Of a DNA stretch of 64,000 nucleotides, positions 47,235 to 56,338 are shown one piece after another; the stretch's first letter is position 1; each line of letters begins with the position of its first letter. The notes under the pieces were generated by a model. That model searched no databases. It was given only the letters and a program-made list of their open reading frames with translations, and was not told where the DNA came from. The stretch covers positions 32,001-96,000 of the IMG/VR virus record IMGVR_UViG_3300045988_172839. The stretch is one strand, 5' to 3'. The position numbers and the translations under genes are program-made. Source of the DNA: a virus.

Positions 47235-47507
47235 CTATAAACCTAGACTGCGTTTGATTTCTGCTACTTTATTGGGTGCGAAACCTGAGAAAGCACTTTC
47301 TACATCTTCCAACCCATTAGGGAAGGTTACAGGTAAAGCACTAAACTTCGCACCTTTCACAATACGGACATGTTCTTCATTTTCTGGGTCGTAAGGGATT
47401 TCCTTATACGGGATACCCTCTGAGTCAAGCTTGCGCTTCAACATCTTACATCCGGGACAAACTCCATCTTCTGGGCGCTTTGTAAATACTACTACTTCTT
47501 TTGACAT
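47235..47507 (-). CDS. Glutaredoxin/NrdH-like small redoxin.
   Basis: 90 aa with a CPGC active-site motif near the N-terminus and a thioredoxin-fold pattern. Confidence 0.6.
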   Translation of the reverse strand: MSKEVVVFTKRPEDGVCPGCKMLKRKLDSEGIPYKEIPYDPENEEHVRIVKGAKFSALPVTFPNGLEDVESAFSGFAPNKVAEIKRSLGL

Positions 47508-47525
47508 TTGTTTTTCTCGCTTTCT

Positions 47526-47957
47526 TTAGAGTATATTTAATTCTTGTGTATGAGCTGATAATATCCAATACAATTCAAACATATCTTCGACAAGAGGTAA
47601 ATCAGAAGCAAAAACCTCTAAAGCACCATTATATCGAGCACTAACATAATCGAAAGTTTGAATAGCGCTAAGACGTTCTAACTTCGGAGACTCCAAATAT
47701 AAACGATCAATGTAAGCTTTTAACTCAGGTACAAAGTCTTTAAGTGTATAGATAGAGCGTAAAATGTTATGTGAACCTTTTGTTTTCTTAAACTGTTCTT
47801 GGTCATAATAAGCCACAACTTTCTTAAGCTGAATTTCAAGTAACCAAGCCAAATTTACTCGAAGCAACAATCTGTTCCCCGTTAAATCGTAACATCTACC
47901 CAAATCTTGAACTAAATAATCAGTTAAAGTAGTTGGTGGAAATTCATACAACTCCAT
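47526..47957 (-). CDS. Hypothetical protein.
   Basis: 143-aa ORF. Confidence 0.55.
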   Translation of the reverse strand: MELYEFPPTTLTDYLVQDLGRCYDLTGNRLLLRVNLAWLLEIQLKKVVAYYDQEQFKKTKGSHNILRSIYTLKDFVPELKAYIDRLYLESPKLERLSAIQTFDYVSARYNGALEVFASDLPLVEDMFELYWILSAHTQELNIL

Positions 47958-48229
47958 TACAACTCAACCTCCTGCCATAATGAATTGCTTTTAACTAAAC
48001 CATTTAGTAAAATCTCACGCTCCTCTAAATCATCATACGGATACAAAGTTACAAATAATCCTTTCTCATCTAACTTATCAATAGCTACAAGATTACCATC
48101 ATAAAATGGATCACCCTTTTTTGTCGGATAAAGCACAATCAAAAGCCTATAGTTAGGTTTTGAGGTGGGAACTTCATAAGTTTCTGCAAATTTCTTTGTG
48201 TAACGTTTTTTGAATAGTTGTTTTGCCAT
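47957..48229 (-). CDS. Hypothetical protein.
   Basis: 90-aa ORF with a 1-nt overlap with the downstream gene. Confidence 0.5.
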   Translation of the reverse strand: MAKQLFKKRYTKKFAETYEVPTSKPNYRLLIVLYPTKKGDPFYDGNLVAIDKLDEKGLFVTLYPYDDLEEREILLNGLVKSNSLWQEVEL

Positions 48230-48274
48230 GTTATACCTACTTTCTACAACTAACTTTTATCTTACTTTATTTTA

Positions 48275-49591
48275 TTAAAAACTATCAAACATATCAACCA
48301 TTTGGTCTGTAGACATTGGTTTTAAATCCAACTGCGCTTTTGCAATCGTGTTTTCATGGTGCGCTGCTTTGTCTTCCTTATGTTTTTGAGACATTTGTTT
48401 GCTTTCTAAAACCCTCTCATTGCCTTTAATCTCATTAACTTCAATACCTACAGAAGAGATTGAAGAAACGGAAGGAGTTGGAGCAAGCAAACCTCGATAC
48501 CCAAGGAGAAGTAACTGAGTTTCAATATCCCCTCGACCTAGGTTATTCAAAAACTCTAAAAGAGCCAAAATTTCTTCATTGTTGAATTTGTCAAATAAAT
48601 CTTTGTATAGCTTTAGTTCATCTTTGGTAATACCCAACACATGAAGCCCCAATGAAATGTAAAGACCTCTCTTAACAAACTCTCTCAAACCCTCAACAAA
48701 GTTCTTCAAACCAATTTCTAACATAGCAGTGTGTACTGTTTTTGTATAAAGAACTGTGTTCTTTGTTCTTAGGTAGTCTAAGAAATCAAAGTACAAACCT
48801 CTGTGCTTATTTACATCAAGAACTGCAACCACATCATCATAGCGAACCGAACCATAAGAACGGTACACATTCTCTAGTTGTTTTAAGGACTGACGGAAAA
48901 CACAATTTGAACGAACTGCAATCAACTCCAAAGCCGGTTTCTCGAAGGCGAAACCTTCTTCAGTCGATACCCAAGTCATAAGGTTCACATTATCTGCTAC
49001 GCTAGGTAACTCAATCTCAATCTTCAAATCCATACGAGTTTTCAAAGGCTCTAACATCTTCTGTGGGTCAGTCGTACAGAAGAAAAAGATAGACTTAGGT
49101 GGGGCATCTTCAGTAAACTTCAACATACTTTCTTGACCTGCTTTGGAAATCAAGTGACACTCATCAAAGATAAAAATAGAATACCCTGCAAATAGTTTAG
49201 GCATGGAAGCAGACTCTACAAACTGTCGGACTGCATCTACGTTCCCTGTTTTTGAAGAGTCCAATTCTTTAACTGAGAACAAATGTGTGGCATCTGCCGT
49301 CTCAATATAGTCATTCAAGTCTTGACACATCTTACATTGGTTGCAAGGTAACAAATACTCTCTATTCTTCCACTTACGGACTTGTTTATTCTCACACAAG
49401 ACCAACTTAGTAGACATACGAGCCATAGTTGTTTTACCACAACCACTTGCGCCTGAAATCATCACACAAGCTGGGTAGTCTTCTCCATCTTTAGAAGAAA
49501 AGCGGTTCAAAAGCTTTTGAACTGCTAACTCATTTCCGATATAGCGGTCTACATCTTTTGACCTGTATTTCGTTGCGAAATTTTCAGCCAT
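48275..49591 (-). CDS. DnaX (DNA polymerase III gamma/tau)-like AAA+ clamp-loader ATPase.
   Basis: GASGCGKTT (Walker A), Cys cluster LPCNQCKMCQD, IFIFDECH (Walker B) and FFFCTTDPQKMLEPLKTR (sensor) are collinear with DnaX domains I-II. Confidence 0.8.
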   Translation of the reverse strand: MAENFATKYRSKDVDRYIGNELAVQKLLNRFSSKDGEDYPACVMISGASGCGKTTMARMSTKLVLCENKQVRKWKNREYLLPCNQCKMCQDLNDYIETADATHLFSVKELDSSKTGNVDAVRQFVESASMPKLFAGYSIFIFDECHLISKAGQESMLKFTEDAPPKSIFFFCTTDPQKMLEPLKTRMDLKIEIELPSVADNVNLMTWVSTEEGFAFEKPALELIAVRSNCVFRQSLKQLENVYRSYGSVRYDDVVAVLDVNKHRGLYFDFLDYLRTKNTVLYTKTVHTAMLEIGLKNFVEGLREFVKRGLYISLGLHVLGITKDELKLYKDLFDKFNNEEILALLEFLNNLGRGDIETQLLLLGYRGLLAPTPSVSSISSVGIEVNEIKGNERVLESKQMSQKHKEDKAAHHENTIAKAQLDLKPMSTDQMVDMFDSF

Positions 49592-49592
49592 A

Positions 49593-50210
49593 TTACAAAT
49601 CTTCTTTCCAACGTTGTACTTCTTCTTGTACTTGAGCTTTTGTATCGTCTAAGGCTTTCCAATAAGTCAAGCGTCTCAATTCAAATGAAATCCATTCCTC
49701 TGTTTCTTTGTCAAAGGCTTGAACTAAAATGTCTGAATACCCTTTTTCAATGTATTTACCCATTTCATTTAGAGCAAAGTTTTCTTTGTAGTAATTAGCA
49801 TAAGGAAACTCAGTTAACACTTCAGAAGTTTTCACATCAACAAAGCGAACGAGAGGATACCGCTCTTTGCTTTCTTGCTTGACTTTCTCTCTTAAAATCT
49901 TACCCAATTTAGGGAAAATATCTCTCAACTCCCAAGATAGAAAACCACACGCAAAAGGCTCATGAACCTCGCCTGTTTCTTTCTCAGTATAGGTTACAAT
50001 AACCCCATCAAAATGGTCTGTGAAGACTTGACCATCTTTGATATACAACTCATAATCTGCCTTACCGTAAGGTAAGCGAGGGAGTTTTACAGAACCACTC
50101 TCAACCATTTCTTTTGTTACTGTAAACGGTTGAACCTTGTAGTGTTCATCGATATAAAACAAAGTGGTTTGTTTACCTACTGGATATGGGCGTGCGTTTA
50201 ATAAAGTCAT
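49593..50210 (-). CDS. Hypothetical protein.
   Basis: 205-aa ORF, first gene after the promoter at 50238-50266. Confidence 0.6.
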   Translation of the reverse strand: MTLLNARPYPVGKQTTLFYIDEHYKVQPFTVTKEMVESGSVKLPRLPYGKADYELYIKDGQVFTDHFDGVIVTYTEKETGEVHEPFACGFLSWELRDIFPKLGKILREKVKQESKERYPLVRFVDVKTSEVLTEFPYANYYKENFALNEMGKYIEKGYSDILVQAFDKETEEWISFELRRLTYWKALDDTKAQVQEEVQRWKEDL

Positions 50211-50237
50211 TTATTTTCCTCATTTCTAGTTTTCTTT

Positions 50238-50266
50238 ATTATATCACAAATTGAGGTAAATAGCAA
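50238..50266 (-). promoter_or_regulatory. Sigma-A type promoter TTGCTA-17-(TG)-TATAAT.
   Basis: -35 at 50261-50266 and -10 at 50238-50243, 17-bp spacer. Confidence 0.6.
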
Positions 50267-50291
50267 GATTTTGGAGCAAATAAGATAAACT

Positions 50292-50328
50292 AAACAAAAA
50301 GAAAAGAAAACAGTGAGGTAAACCTCAC
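50292..50328 (-). terminator. Rho-independent terminator after ORF 50417..51127.
   Basis: Stem gtgagg / cctcac (50313-50318 / 50323-50328), then TGTTTTCTTTTCTTTTTGTTT on the minus strand. Confidence 0.6.
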
Positions 50329-50416
50329 CATTCTCCCGCAGTTTAGACGATTAGACACCCCTATCGGAGTGCTAAATTATATTACCACATTCTTTTCAAT
50401 TTTGCAATTTGAAATT

Positions 50417-51127
50417 CTAATTCATTCCAATTTGTTTTTGATGAGTGGATATCGAACCTGCCAATGCTTGTTGGTATGCTTTTTGTGGAGCTTTCAAATT
50501 GCCATTGTGTCTCCACAAAGTTTCTTGAAACTCTTGTTCATTGTTAGCACGTGATCCTACGCAGTTTGTTACCAAGCGAACTCGACCTGATTGTTTGTAC
50601 ATCAGAATGACAACATCTACAGGTACACTTGCACCAATTTCAAAACGATGTGCATAATGGTTTGGCACTGAAACCTTAGAAATATAACCATTTGATTGGA
50701 AGTACATATCAGTGTAGTACCCACGCTCAATCTTATCAAACAAAGGCAAGTATGTTGAGTCTTTGCGCTCATAATACTCACCACGGTTGAACAGGCGGAA
50801 ACCTACAAGAGTGTGGCTCAAATGGTACATTGTAAAATACATAACAGAGAAACCACCTAAGAATACTAACAAGTTCAATGCAGAAATTAAAAATCGAATG
50901 GTATAAGTTGAGTTCATCAACTGTTGCTCGTAAATTTCTAACCCCATATCAGCCAAAAACCAAGTGGATACCGCAAGTGTAGTCCAAAGGGCAATATTAC
51001 GACAAAGCGAACGAACTTGTTTTCCTTTTGTTTCTACTCGTTCTCTAAAGAGGTTCGCTAAGTTGCTTTCAACTTCAAGACGGTTGCTACGTTCTTGATT
51101 CTCAGTCATATACACTATGTTATTCAT
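50417..51127 (-). CDS. Membrane protein (monocistronic unit).
   Basis: 236 aa with 2-3 TM helices and its own promoter and terminator. Confidence 0.6.
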   Translation of the reverse strand: MNNIVYMTENQERSNRLEVESNLANLFRERVETKGKQVRSLCRNIALWTTLAVSTWFLADMGLEIYEQQLMNSTYTIRFLISALNLLVFLGGFSVMYFTMYHLSHTLVGFRLFNRGEYYERKDSTYLPLFDKIERGYYTDMYFQSNGYISKVSVPNHYAHRFEIGASVPVDVVILMYKQSGRVRLVTNCVGSRANNEQEFQETLWRHNGNLKAPQKAYQQALAGSISTHQKQIGMN

Positions 51128-51166
51128 TGGTTTGTCTCCTTTTCCTATTTCCCTTTAACTGTCTTT

Positions 51167-51195
51167 ATTATATCAAAAATAAGATACTTTGTCAA
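51167..51195 (-). promoter_or_regulatory. Sigma-A type promoter TTGACA-17-(TG)-TATAAT (full consensus).
   Basis: -35 at 51190-51195 and -10 at 51167-51172. Confidence 0.7.
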
Positions 51196-51230
51196 GTACC
51201 TTATCGAAATTTATTCTAAAAGTCTAATTT

Positions 51231-52352
51231 TTAAAGCGTATCTTTTACTGGAATGTCCTTGAAACCTAAATTCTCCAAATGTTCAAGACAATCTGAGAAG
51301 TTGCAGAACAAGTCTAATTCCTCAGTTGGTTTATCGTAAGAGTCTATGAGACCTTCGGATACCGCTTTATCTCTTAGTTGCTTTCTGTACTTAAGAGCTT
51401 CTAGTTCCATAGGCAGACCTACGTTGTTTTTCATCATCAGAGGTTTAAAGTTTCCATATTTCGTTAAACCTTTCTCAACCTCTGGGTCGCAGTCCATCAT
51501 GAAATTATAAATCCAGTTCCAATGAGCTTTTTGACTTAAATTACGAATTTGGAAATACCAATCTACATAAGGCTCAACTTTTGATTTTTCAATCAAACCA
51601 ACTGCGTAACGCAAGTCGAAGTCATTTGTTGAACCAAGTCGATAATTACCAAACATCATCTGAACTCTACGACCACTACGAGCTGGTTTAAACTTGTTCT
51701 CGTCCATTTTCTGCACCATATAGGGCATATAACTATTCTTCAAAATAACGGAACCTAAACCATATTTAGGCGCTCTATTAGAGTGTGATGTAGACACTCT
51801 ACCTTTGTATAATTCAACTTTCGCATAAAATGTAACAACAGAACCTAAGTACAAAGCCATATCATTACACAAAGAAGCGTCAACCTCTGGTAAGAACAAC
51901 CACACATGACTTGAGAAAATCGGTTGATTTGGTATATCTTGGAAGTGTTTACTATCTTTACCGTTAGCTTCTTTAACTAACTGCTTAACCTCTGACTTCG
52001 TTCGAACCCCAAAAGTACCAACTAACGAGGGATCTAAAATTAGCAAGGATACCCCTTCTTTACTTTTTCGGACATCCGTTATCCGACCTGCTACTCCTAC
52101 ATAATGGTTTAAATAAGGTTGCAATCCAATACGACTTGAAGCAGTCGTATCAATTTTACCACCCTTCCATAAATTCAAAAATTCAAAGGCAGTAATCATG
52201 CCGTGTGTTTGCATCTCAAACGAAGTACGCTCTGCTTTTCCTTCTAACTTCGATAAGTCATTTACTCTACGAACCATAGAAAAAGGTGTGTAAACAATAC
52301 CTGTCTTAGGAGTTTTATTTCCTGATTTTTTCTTCTTTGGTTTCTTACCCAT
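51231..52352 (-). CDS. Hypothetical protein with a Lys-rich N-terminus and a possible OB fold.
   Basis: 373 aa. MGKKPKKKKSGNKTPK. The OB suggestion rests only on the pattern GVAGRITDVRKSKEGVSLLILD...GSVVTFYAKVELYKGR. Confidence 0.4.
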   Translation of the reverse strand: MGKKPKKKKSGNKTPKTGIVYTPFSMVRRVNDLSKLEGKAERTSFEMQTHGMITAFEFLNLWKGGKIDTTASSRIGLQPYLNHYVGVAGRITDVRKSKEGVSLLILDPSLVGTFGVRTKSEVKQLVKEANGKDSKHFQDIPNQPIFSSHVWLFLPEVDASLCNDMALYLGSVVTFYAKVELYKGRVSTSHSNRAPKYGLGSVILKNSYMPYMVQKMDENKFKPARSGRRVQMMFGNYRLGSTNDFDLRYAVGLIEKSKVEPYVDWYFQIRNLSQKAHWNWIYNFMMDCDPEVEKGLTKYGNFKPLMMKNNVGLPMELEALKYRKQLRDKAVSEGLIDSYDKPTEELDLFCNFSDCLEHLENLGFKDIPVKDTL

Positions 52353-52393
52353 AGAAAATTCCTCACTTTCATTTAAGTTTATTTAGTGAGTTA

Positions 52394-52422
52394 ATTATAT
52401 CATAAAAAGGCTTGAAAGTCAA
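52394..52422 (-). promoter_or_regulatory. Sigma-A type promoter TTGACT-17-(TG)-TATAAT.
   Basis: -35 at 52417-52422 and -10 at 52394-52399. Confidence 0.65.
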
Positions 52423-52447
52423 CAGAAGTGGGGAGTTAGAGGTCTTG

Positions 52448-52482
52448 GAGAACAAAAGCAAAACGCACCAAAATGGTGCGTT
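52448..52482 (-). terminator. Rho-independent terminator after ORF 52496..53710.
   Basis: Stem aacgcacc(a) / (t)ggtgcgtt (52462-52482), then TTGCTTTTGTTC on the minus strand. Confidence 0.65.
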
Positions 52483-52495
52483 CCCTAACTCTAAA

Positions 52496-53710
52496 TTATT
52501 TCCCTTGCGTATAGTGTGCAAAGTAATTCGCCAAGTTGACTTGTGAGGATACCGCTGGTTTAGTTGAACCTTTAGTCTCTTTGTTAGACTTAGGAGTTTG
52601 AGTTCTTGCTGTACGTTTTGATTTTGGTTGATTGTACTCATTGTACACACCGAAAATACGCTCAAATTCAGATTTAACCTTAGAACCTTTAACTGCTCTA
52701 CGAGCACCTTTAACCTCATAAACCTCGTCAAACAAGTCTACCAGAAGTAACAAACCTTGTGGAAGAGCCAAGTTGAGACGGTCTTTCAACATCAATATCA
52801 ACTCTTCTGGTGTTTTGTCTGTTACCAACTTGTGTTTCAACAACTGACGAGCAACTTCTTCTTTCAAAGTCTCAGTCGAAAGCGCAAGACCAATCGCTAC
52901 AGACAAACGACTGAACAAACCCTCTGGGTGGTCAGGAACCAAAATACCTTCTCCACGAGCATCACGAACTTGAATAGCAAATTTAAAGTCTTTTGCAATC
53001 TCAGTAGCTACCTCTTCTGTCAACTCTGGGTGCAAGTCCATCAACTGACTTACAACAACTGGAAGAGCTTCACCGATACCAAGACGAGAGCCAATTTCTT
53101 TACAAGATTCATTCAAAGCAAGTAGACCCGGTTTTGTGAATACACGTGTTTCACCAATCGCAAATGGAACTTTAGGTACAGAACTCGGATTCTCAGCAGT
53201 AGACAAGAGACTTGTATTAGGTTGATAAATTACTTTCGGGTTCTCTTGTGAAACTAATACATCATCAAAAACTTCAAGTTCTTCAACCCCATCGTTTCGC
53301 AAAATATATCCTGCAATTTGAGTGGCGTCATAATACACACCACGTTTAAATACTCGAACTTTATGTACATTGGATTGAATAATACCCACTAGAGAAATAC
53401 CACCTGCTCTTGGAGCATTGTCATCACCCTCAGTAGTTAGGTTTGTAGCAGTCGGTTTTTCTTCTTTTGCTTTTGGTTTTTCAGTAGGTGTTACTGTAAC
53501 TGGTTTTCCTACTTTTTCTCCTACTACTCGACTTAGTGGCTCTACTACACATTCTTGTTCTCCATTTGGTTGAACTTCAACTGTTGGAACTGTATGAATA
53601 GGTGCAGTCGGTTTAGCAGTTTCTTGACCCAGTGCATCTGAAAGTGTTTGGGTTTTCTTTTCTTTCTCTGGCATTTTAGGACTGTTTCCTAAATTCAACA
53701 TTCTAACCAT
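52496..53710 (-). CDS. Hypothetical protein (monocistronic unit).
   Basis: 404 aa, P/T/E/K-rich N-terminal third, basic C-terminus, own promoter and terminator. Confidence 0.6.
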   Translation of the reverse strand: MVRMLNLGNSPKMPEKEKKTQTLSDALGQETAKPTAPIHTVPTVEVQPNGEQECVVEPLSRVVGEKVGKPVTVTPTEKPKAKEEKPTATNLTTEGDDNAPRAGGISLVGIIQSNVHKVRVFKRGVYYDATQIAGYILRNDGVEELEVFDDVLVSQENPKVIYQPNTSLLSTAENPSSVPKVPFAIGETRVFTKPGLLALNESCKEIGSRLGIGEALPVVVSQLMDLHPELTEEVATEIAKDFKFAIQVRDARGEGILVPDHPEGLFSRLSVAIGLALSTETLKEEVARQLLKHKLVTDKTPEELILMLKDRLNLALPQGLLLLVDLFDEVYEVKGARRAVKGSKVKSEFERIFGVYNEYNQPKSKRTARTQTPKSNKETKGSTKPAVSSQVNLANYFAHYTQGK

Positions 53711-53751
53711 GCTTTAGCTGACCTCGTATCTTTCTGAAAAATTCTAAAATT

Positions 53752-53780
53752 AGTATAGCATGCCAATAAATAAAAGTCAA
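53752..53780 (-). promoter_or_regulatory. Sigma-A type promoter TTGACT-17-TATACT.
   Basis: -35 at 53775-53780 (inside the 3' arm of the upstream terminator) and -10 at 53752-53757. Confidence 0.6.
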
Positions 53781-53805
53781 GAGATAAATAGATACCCTCC
53801 TGACT
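53762..53805 (-). terminator. Rho-independent terminator after ORF 53812..54816.
   Basis: 9-bp stem (53775-53783 / 53797-53805, one G-U pair). The 13-nt loop contains one GGTATC motif copy. It is followed by TTTATTTATT on the minus strand. Confidence 0.55.
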
Positions 53806-53811
53806 TTTTTC

Positions 53812-54816
53812 TTATTTTGTGACAGATTCAATAACAACCTTATCTACATCAGATAATTTACGGTAACGAACAGTTACAGTGTCGCCTATTTTTAGTTGGC
53901 TTGCGGTATCGAAATTAAGGGATACCGAGATGGTAGTTGAGCCAACAGATAAGACTGCTTTATAGGTGGCAGCTAAGTCGGAATTACCTTCTAAATGTAA
54001 TTCTTTTACAACGCCTTTAGCAACTAAGACCTCAGACGAAACTTTTGCACCATCTAAGTTTTGAGTATTTGAAGTGGTTGGTTTACTTTCACTACCACCT
54101 AAGTTCTCAGCTTTCTCTTTTGGTTTCTCTTCTGCAGAAGTTGAGCTAGAAGTTTTCTCTTCTTTCTTCTGAGAACCTTCCGGGAAAATACGGTCACTGT
54201 CGGATACCGCTGACTTTTTATCTGTAGTTCCTTTCTCTACCTGAGTAACCTTGTTTTTCAAATCACTTGAAGGGTTTTGTTTTACTTTATTTGCTATAAA
54301 GACCATAATACCAAAGAGCAAAACTGCCACAATGACAACGGTTAAACCAATAGACCAAGGAGACCATTTCTTCTTAACTGGGTGTGCGCTTGCACTATTT
54401 TCTATTTGACCATATTGGTCATAGTGGTTAGAGTCGAACTGATTTTGGGGATACCCCTGTGGGTTTTGATTGAAACCATTAGGCTCAAATCCTTGATTAT
54501 TTTGGGAACCCCAACCTTCATTTTGTCCTTGGTTAAACCCTTGAGATTGTTGAAACTCATTTGGGTAAGGTTGTTGAGGGTGTTCATACCCAAAACCACC
54601 ACCTCTTTGACCTTGAGGTTCAAAACCCCCACGTGGATTGAATCCTTGTTCTTCCTCTAATGAACTAGTTGTCTCAGAACCAAAATCAGAAGAACCAAAC
54701 CCATCCCTTTGTGGTGAAGGTTGTTGGTGAGGTTGTTGAGGGGAACCCCAATCAGGAACCCCGTTCCAACCCCCTTCATTATTATCTCGATGTTGTCCGA
54801 AATTACGCTGACTCAT
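53812..54816 (-). CDS. Single-pass membrane protein with a Q/N/G-rich disordered N-terminal domain.
   Basis: 334 aa. GFNQGQNEGWGSQNNQGFEPNGFNQNPQGYPQNQ..., TM at about aa 150-175, structured C-terminal domain. Confidence 0.6.
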   Translation of the reverse strand: MSQRNFGQHRDNNEGGWNGVPDWGSPQQPHQQPSPQRDGFGSSDFGSETTSSLEEEQGFNPRGGFEPQGQRGGGFGYEHPQQPYPNEFQQSQGFNQGQNEGWGSQNNQGFEPNGFNQNPQGYPQNQFDSNHYDQYGQIENSASAHPVKKKWSPWSIGLTVVIVAVLLFGIMVFIANKVKQNPSSDLKNKVTQVEKGTTDKKSAVSDSDRIFPEGSQKKEEKTSSSTSAEEKPKEKAENLGGSESKPTTSNTQNLDGAKVSSEVLVAKGVVKELHLEGNSDLAATYKAVLSVGSTTISVSLNFDTASQLKIGDTVTVRYRKLSDVDKVVIESVTK

Positions 54817-55747
54817 TTACGGTCACCTCAATTCTTTTCATCTTCTGTTCAGTAGAGTCGAAACCTAAAGCATAGGTTTTATCGATGATACCGAGTTCTC
54901 CTGTTTCCTTATCAAATCGAAGAACCTCAACATAAACCTCACCTTCACGTTGGTAAAGTGTAATCTCCCCATTCTCACTTTCCAAATATAAGAAACGACA
55001 ACGTTTTTCAACTGTTTCCTCTAACTCTAAAGCTAACGCACCAACCAAGCGCATTGGATTGTAAGTAACACCAGTTGGAGGTCTACCTGCTAAATAGTCA
55101 GACCAAAGTGTAGATTGTCCTCTGAGAGCTTCTGAGAGAGCGTCAAATCCATTGTAAAAGTTTTTGCGTATAAATTCCTTTAGAGAATCTAAATCGCGAG
55201 GGATGGCATTCTGGAGCGTTTGAGGGTAATCGTCTAAAACGCACCACTCAATCAAATCTTCACTAAAGCGAGACAAGAACCTATCTTTAGCTTTGCTATT
55301 AAGTACAAACCTTACCGTATAAGGACTACCTACTGGTTTGTACTTCTCCAACATGACATTGAGCAAATCCAAATTGTGGTAAGCCCAAACCTTCTCTGCA
55401 AATGCGTTTAAAAAAAGTTGAACTAAAGGAACATAGACATCCGCTTTAACGTTTGCTAACACATCATCAGACAAAAGGAAAGGAGAAACCGTCAACGTAC
55501 CTTTCTCAATATCTACTGAGAAAGAGAAAGGAAATGCGCCTTTAAAGGAGATACCAAATTGGTTATCGCTTTGTCTTGATTTTACAAATCGAAGTTGCTT
55601 CAAAGAGTAAGTTTCAACACTTTGTAACTCATTTAACCCTTTGAAATATAAGTCAAAACCACATCTACAAGCACTTCTTAGGTCAGTACAACCTTCTAAA
55701 GCGTTTGAACCTAACATAATTTTGAAGTCATTTTTCTCATAAAACAT
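54803..55747 (-). CDS. Hypothetical protein.
   Basis: 314-aa ORF. Confidence 0.6.
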   Translation of the reverse strand: MFYEKNDFKIMLGSNALEGCTDLRSACRCGFDLYFKGLNELQSVETYSLKQLRFVKSRQSDNQFGISFKGAFPFSFSVDIEKGTLTVSPFLLSDDVLANVKADVYVPLVQLFLNAFAEKVWAYHNLDLLNVMLEKYKPVGSPYTVRFVLNSKAKDRFLSRFSEDLIEWCVLDDYPQTLQNAIPRDLDSLKEFIRKNFYNGFDALSEALRGQSTLWSDYLAGRPPTGVTYNPMRLVGALALELEETVEKRCRFLYLESENGEITLYQREGEVYVEVLRFDKETGELGIIDKTYALGFDSTEQKMKRIEVTVNESA

Positions 55748-55771
55748 TTAACTTCTAACCACCTAAACTAA

Positions 55772-56338
55772 TCAAAACTTGAAACTATCTGAAAATGAAA
55801 ACTCTTGTACTTCATCTTTCACTAGTTCTACTGAAAATGGATCTTCGAGAGTAGAGTCAGAACTAACATCTTCTTCCAAATCATCAACAGTTCCCTCATC
55901 CTCATATTGAGGAATGTTGAAACCAGACAGAGGTACCTCAGAGATACCCTGTGTCTCCTGTTTTCGCTCTTGAACCATAGTAGCAAAATCATTAGTAGAA
56001 CCTTCTTGCAAGCCTATTGCAAACTGAGAAACTGCTTCGGAAATTCTTAGTTTATCAATTTCGTCAGCTCTTCTCATATACTCTTCGTTGAAAGCAAGTT
56101 GAGCTTGTTGTTCATACCTCTCAGTTGTACTCAAATGCTTTTCTTCAAAATGAAACCCTTCAGCTCGGTTGTTGGTACCGATACCGATGAGGTTTTCAGT
56201 TCGAGAAACCGAACCAACCGTGCGAAGTTGAGACTCAGAGTCACCATCTTTAATTAGAGGTAGAACCTCTTCATAACCTTTACGAAAGGTTGCTTTAGCT
56301 TTACGCTCTAAATAGTCTGAAACTTTCTCTACACTCAT
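55772..56338 (-). CDS. Hypothetical acidic protein.
   Basis: 188-aa ORF with an acidic C-terminus. Confidence 0.55.
   Translation of the reverse strand: MSVEKVSDYLERKAKATFRKGYEEVLPLIKDGDSESQLRTVGSVSRTENLIGIGTNNRAEGFHFEEKHLSTTERYEQQAQLAFNEEYMRRADEIDKLRISEAVSQFAIGLQEGSTNDFATMVQERKQETQGISEVPLSGFNIPQYEDEGTVDDLEEDVSSDSTLEDPFSVELVKDEVQEFSFSDSFKF

Noticed and set aside
52369-52731. Minus-strand 120-aa ORF that overlaps the 3' end of ORF 52496..53710 and runs through the intergenic region.
   Set aside because: It spans a terminator hairpin (52462-52482) and a consensus promoter (52394-52422). It is out of frame with a well-supported gene. It is most likely spurious.
3979-54632. Nested alternative-frame minus-strand ORFs: 3979..4227, 35191..35379, 38532..38729, 43510..43710, 44658..44942 and 54402..54632.
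   Set aside because: They are contained within, or overlap, longer same-strand genes in another frame. They have no independent start signals.
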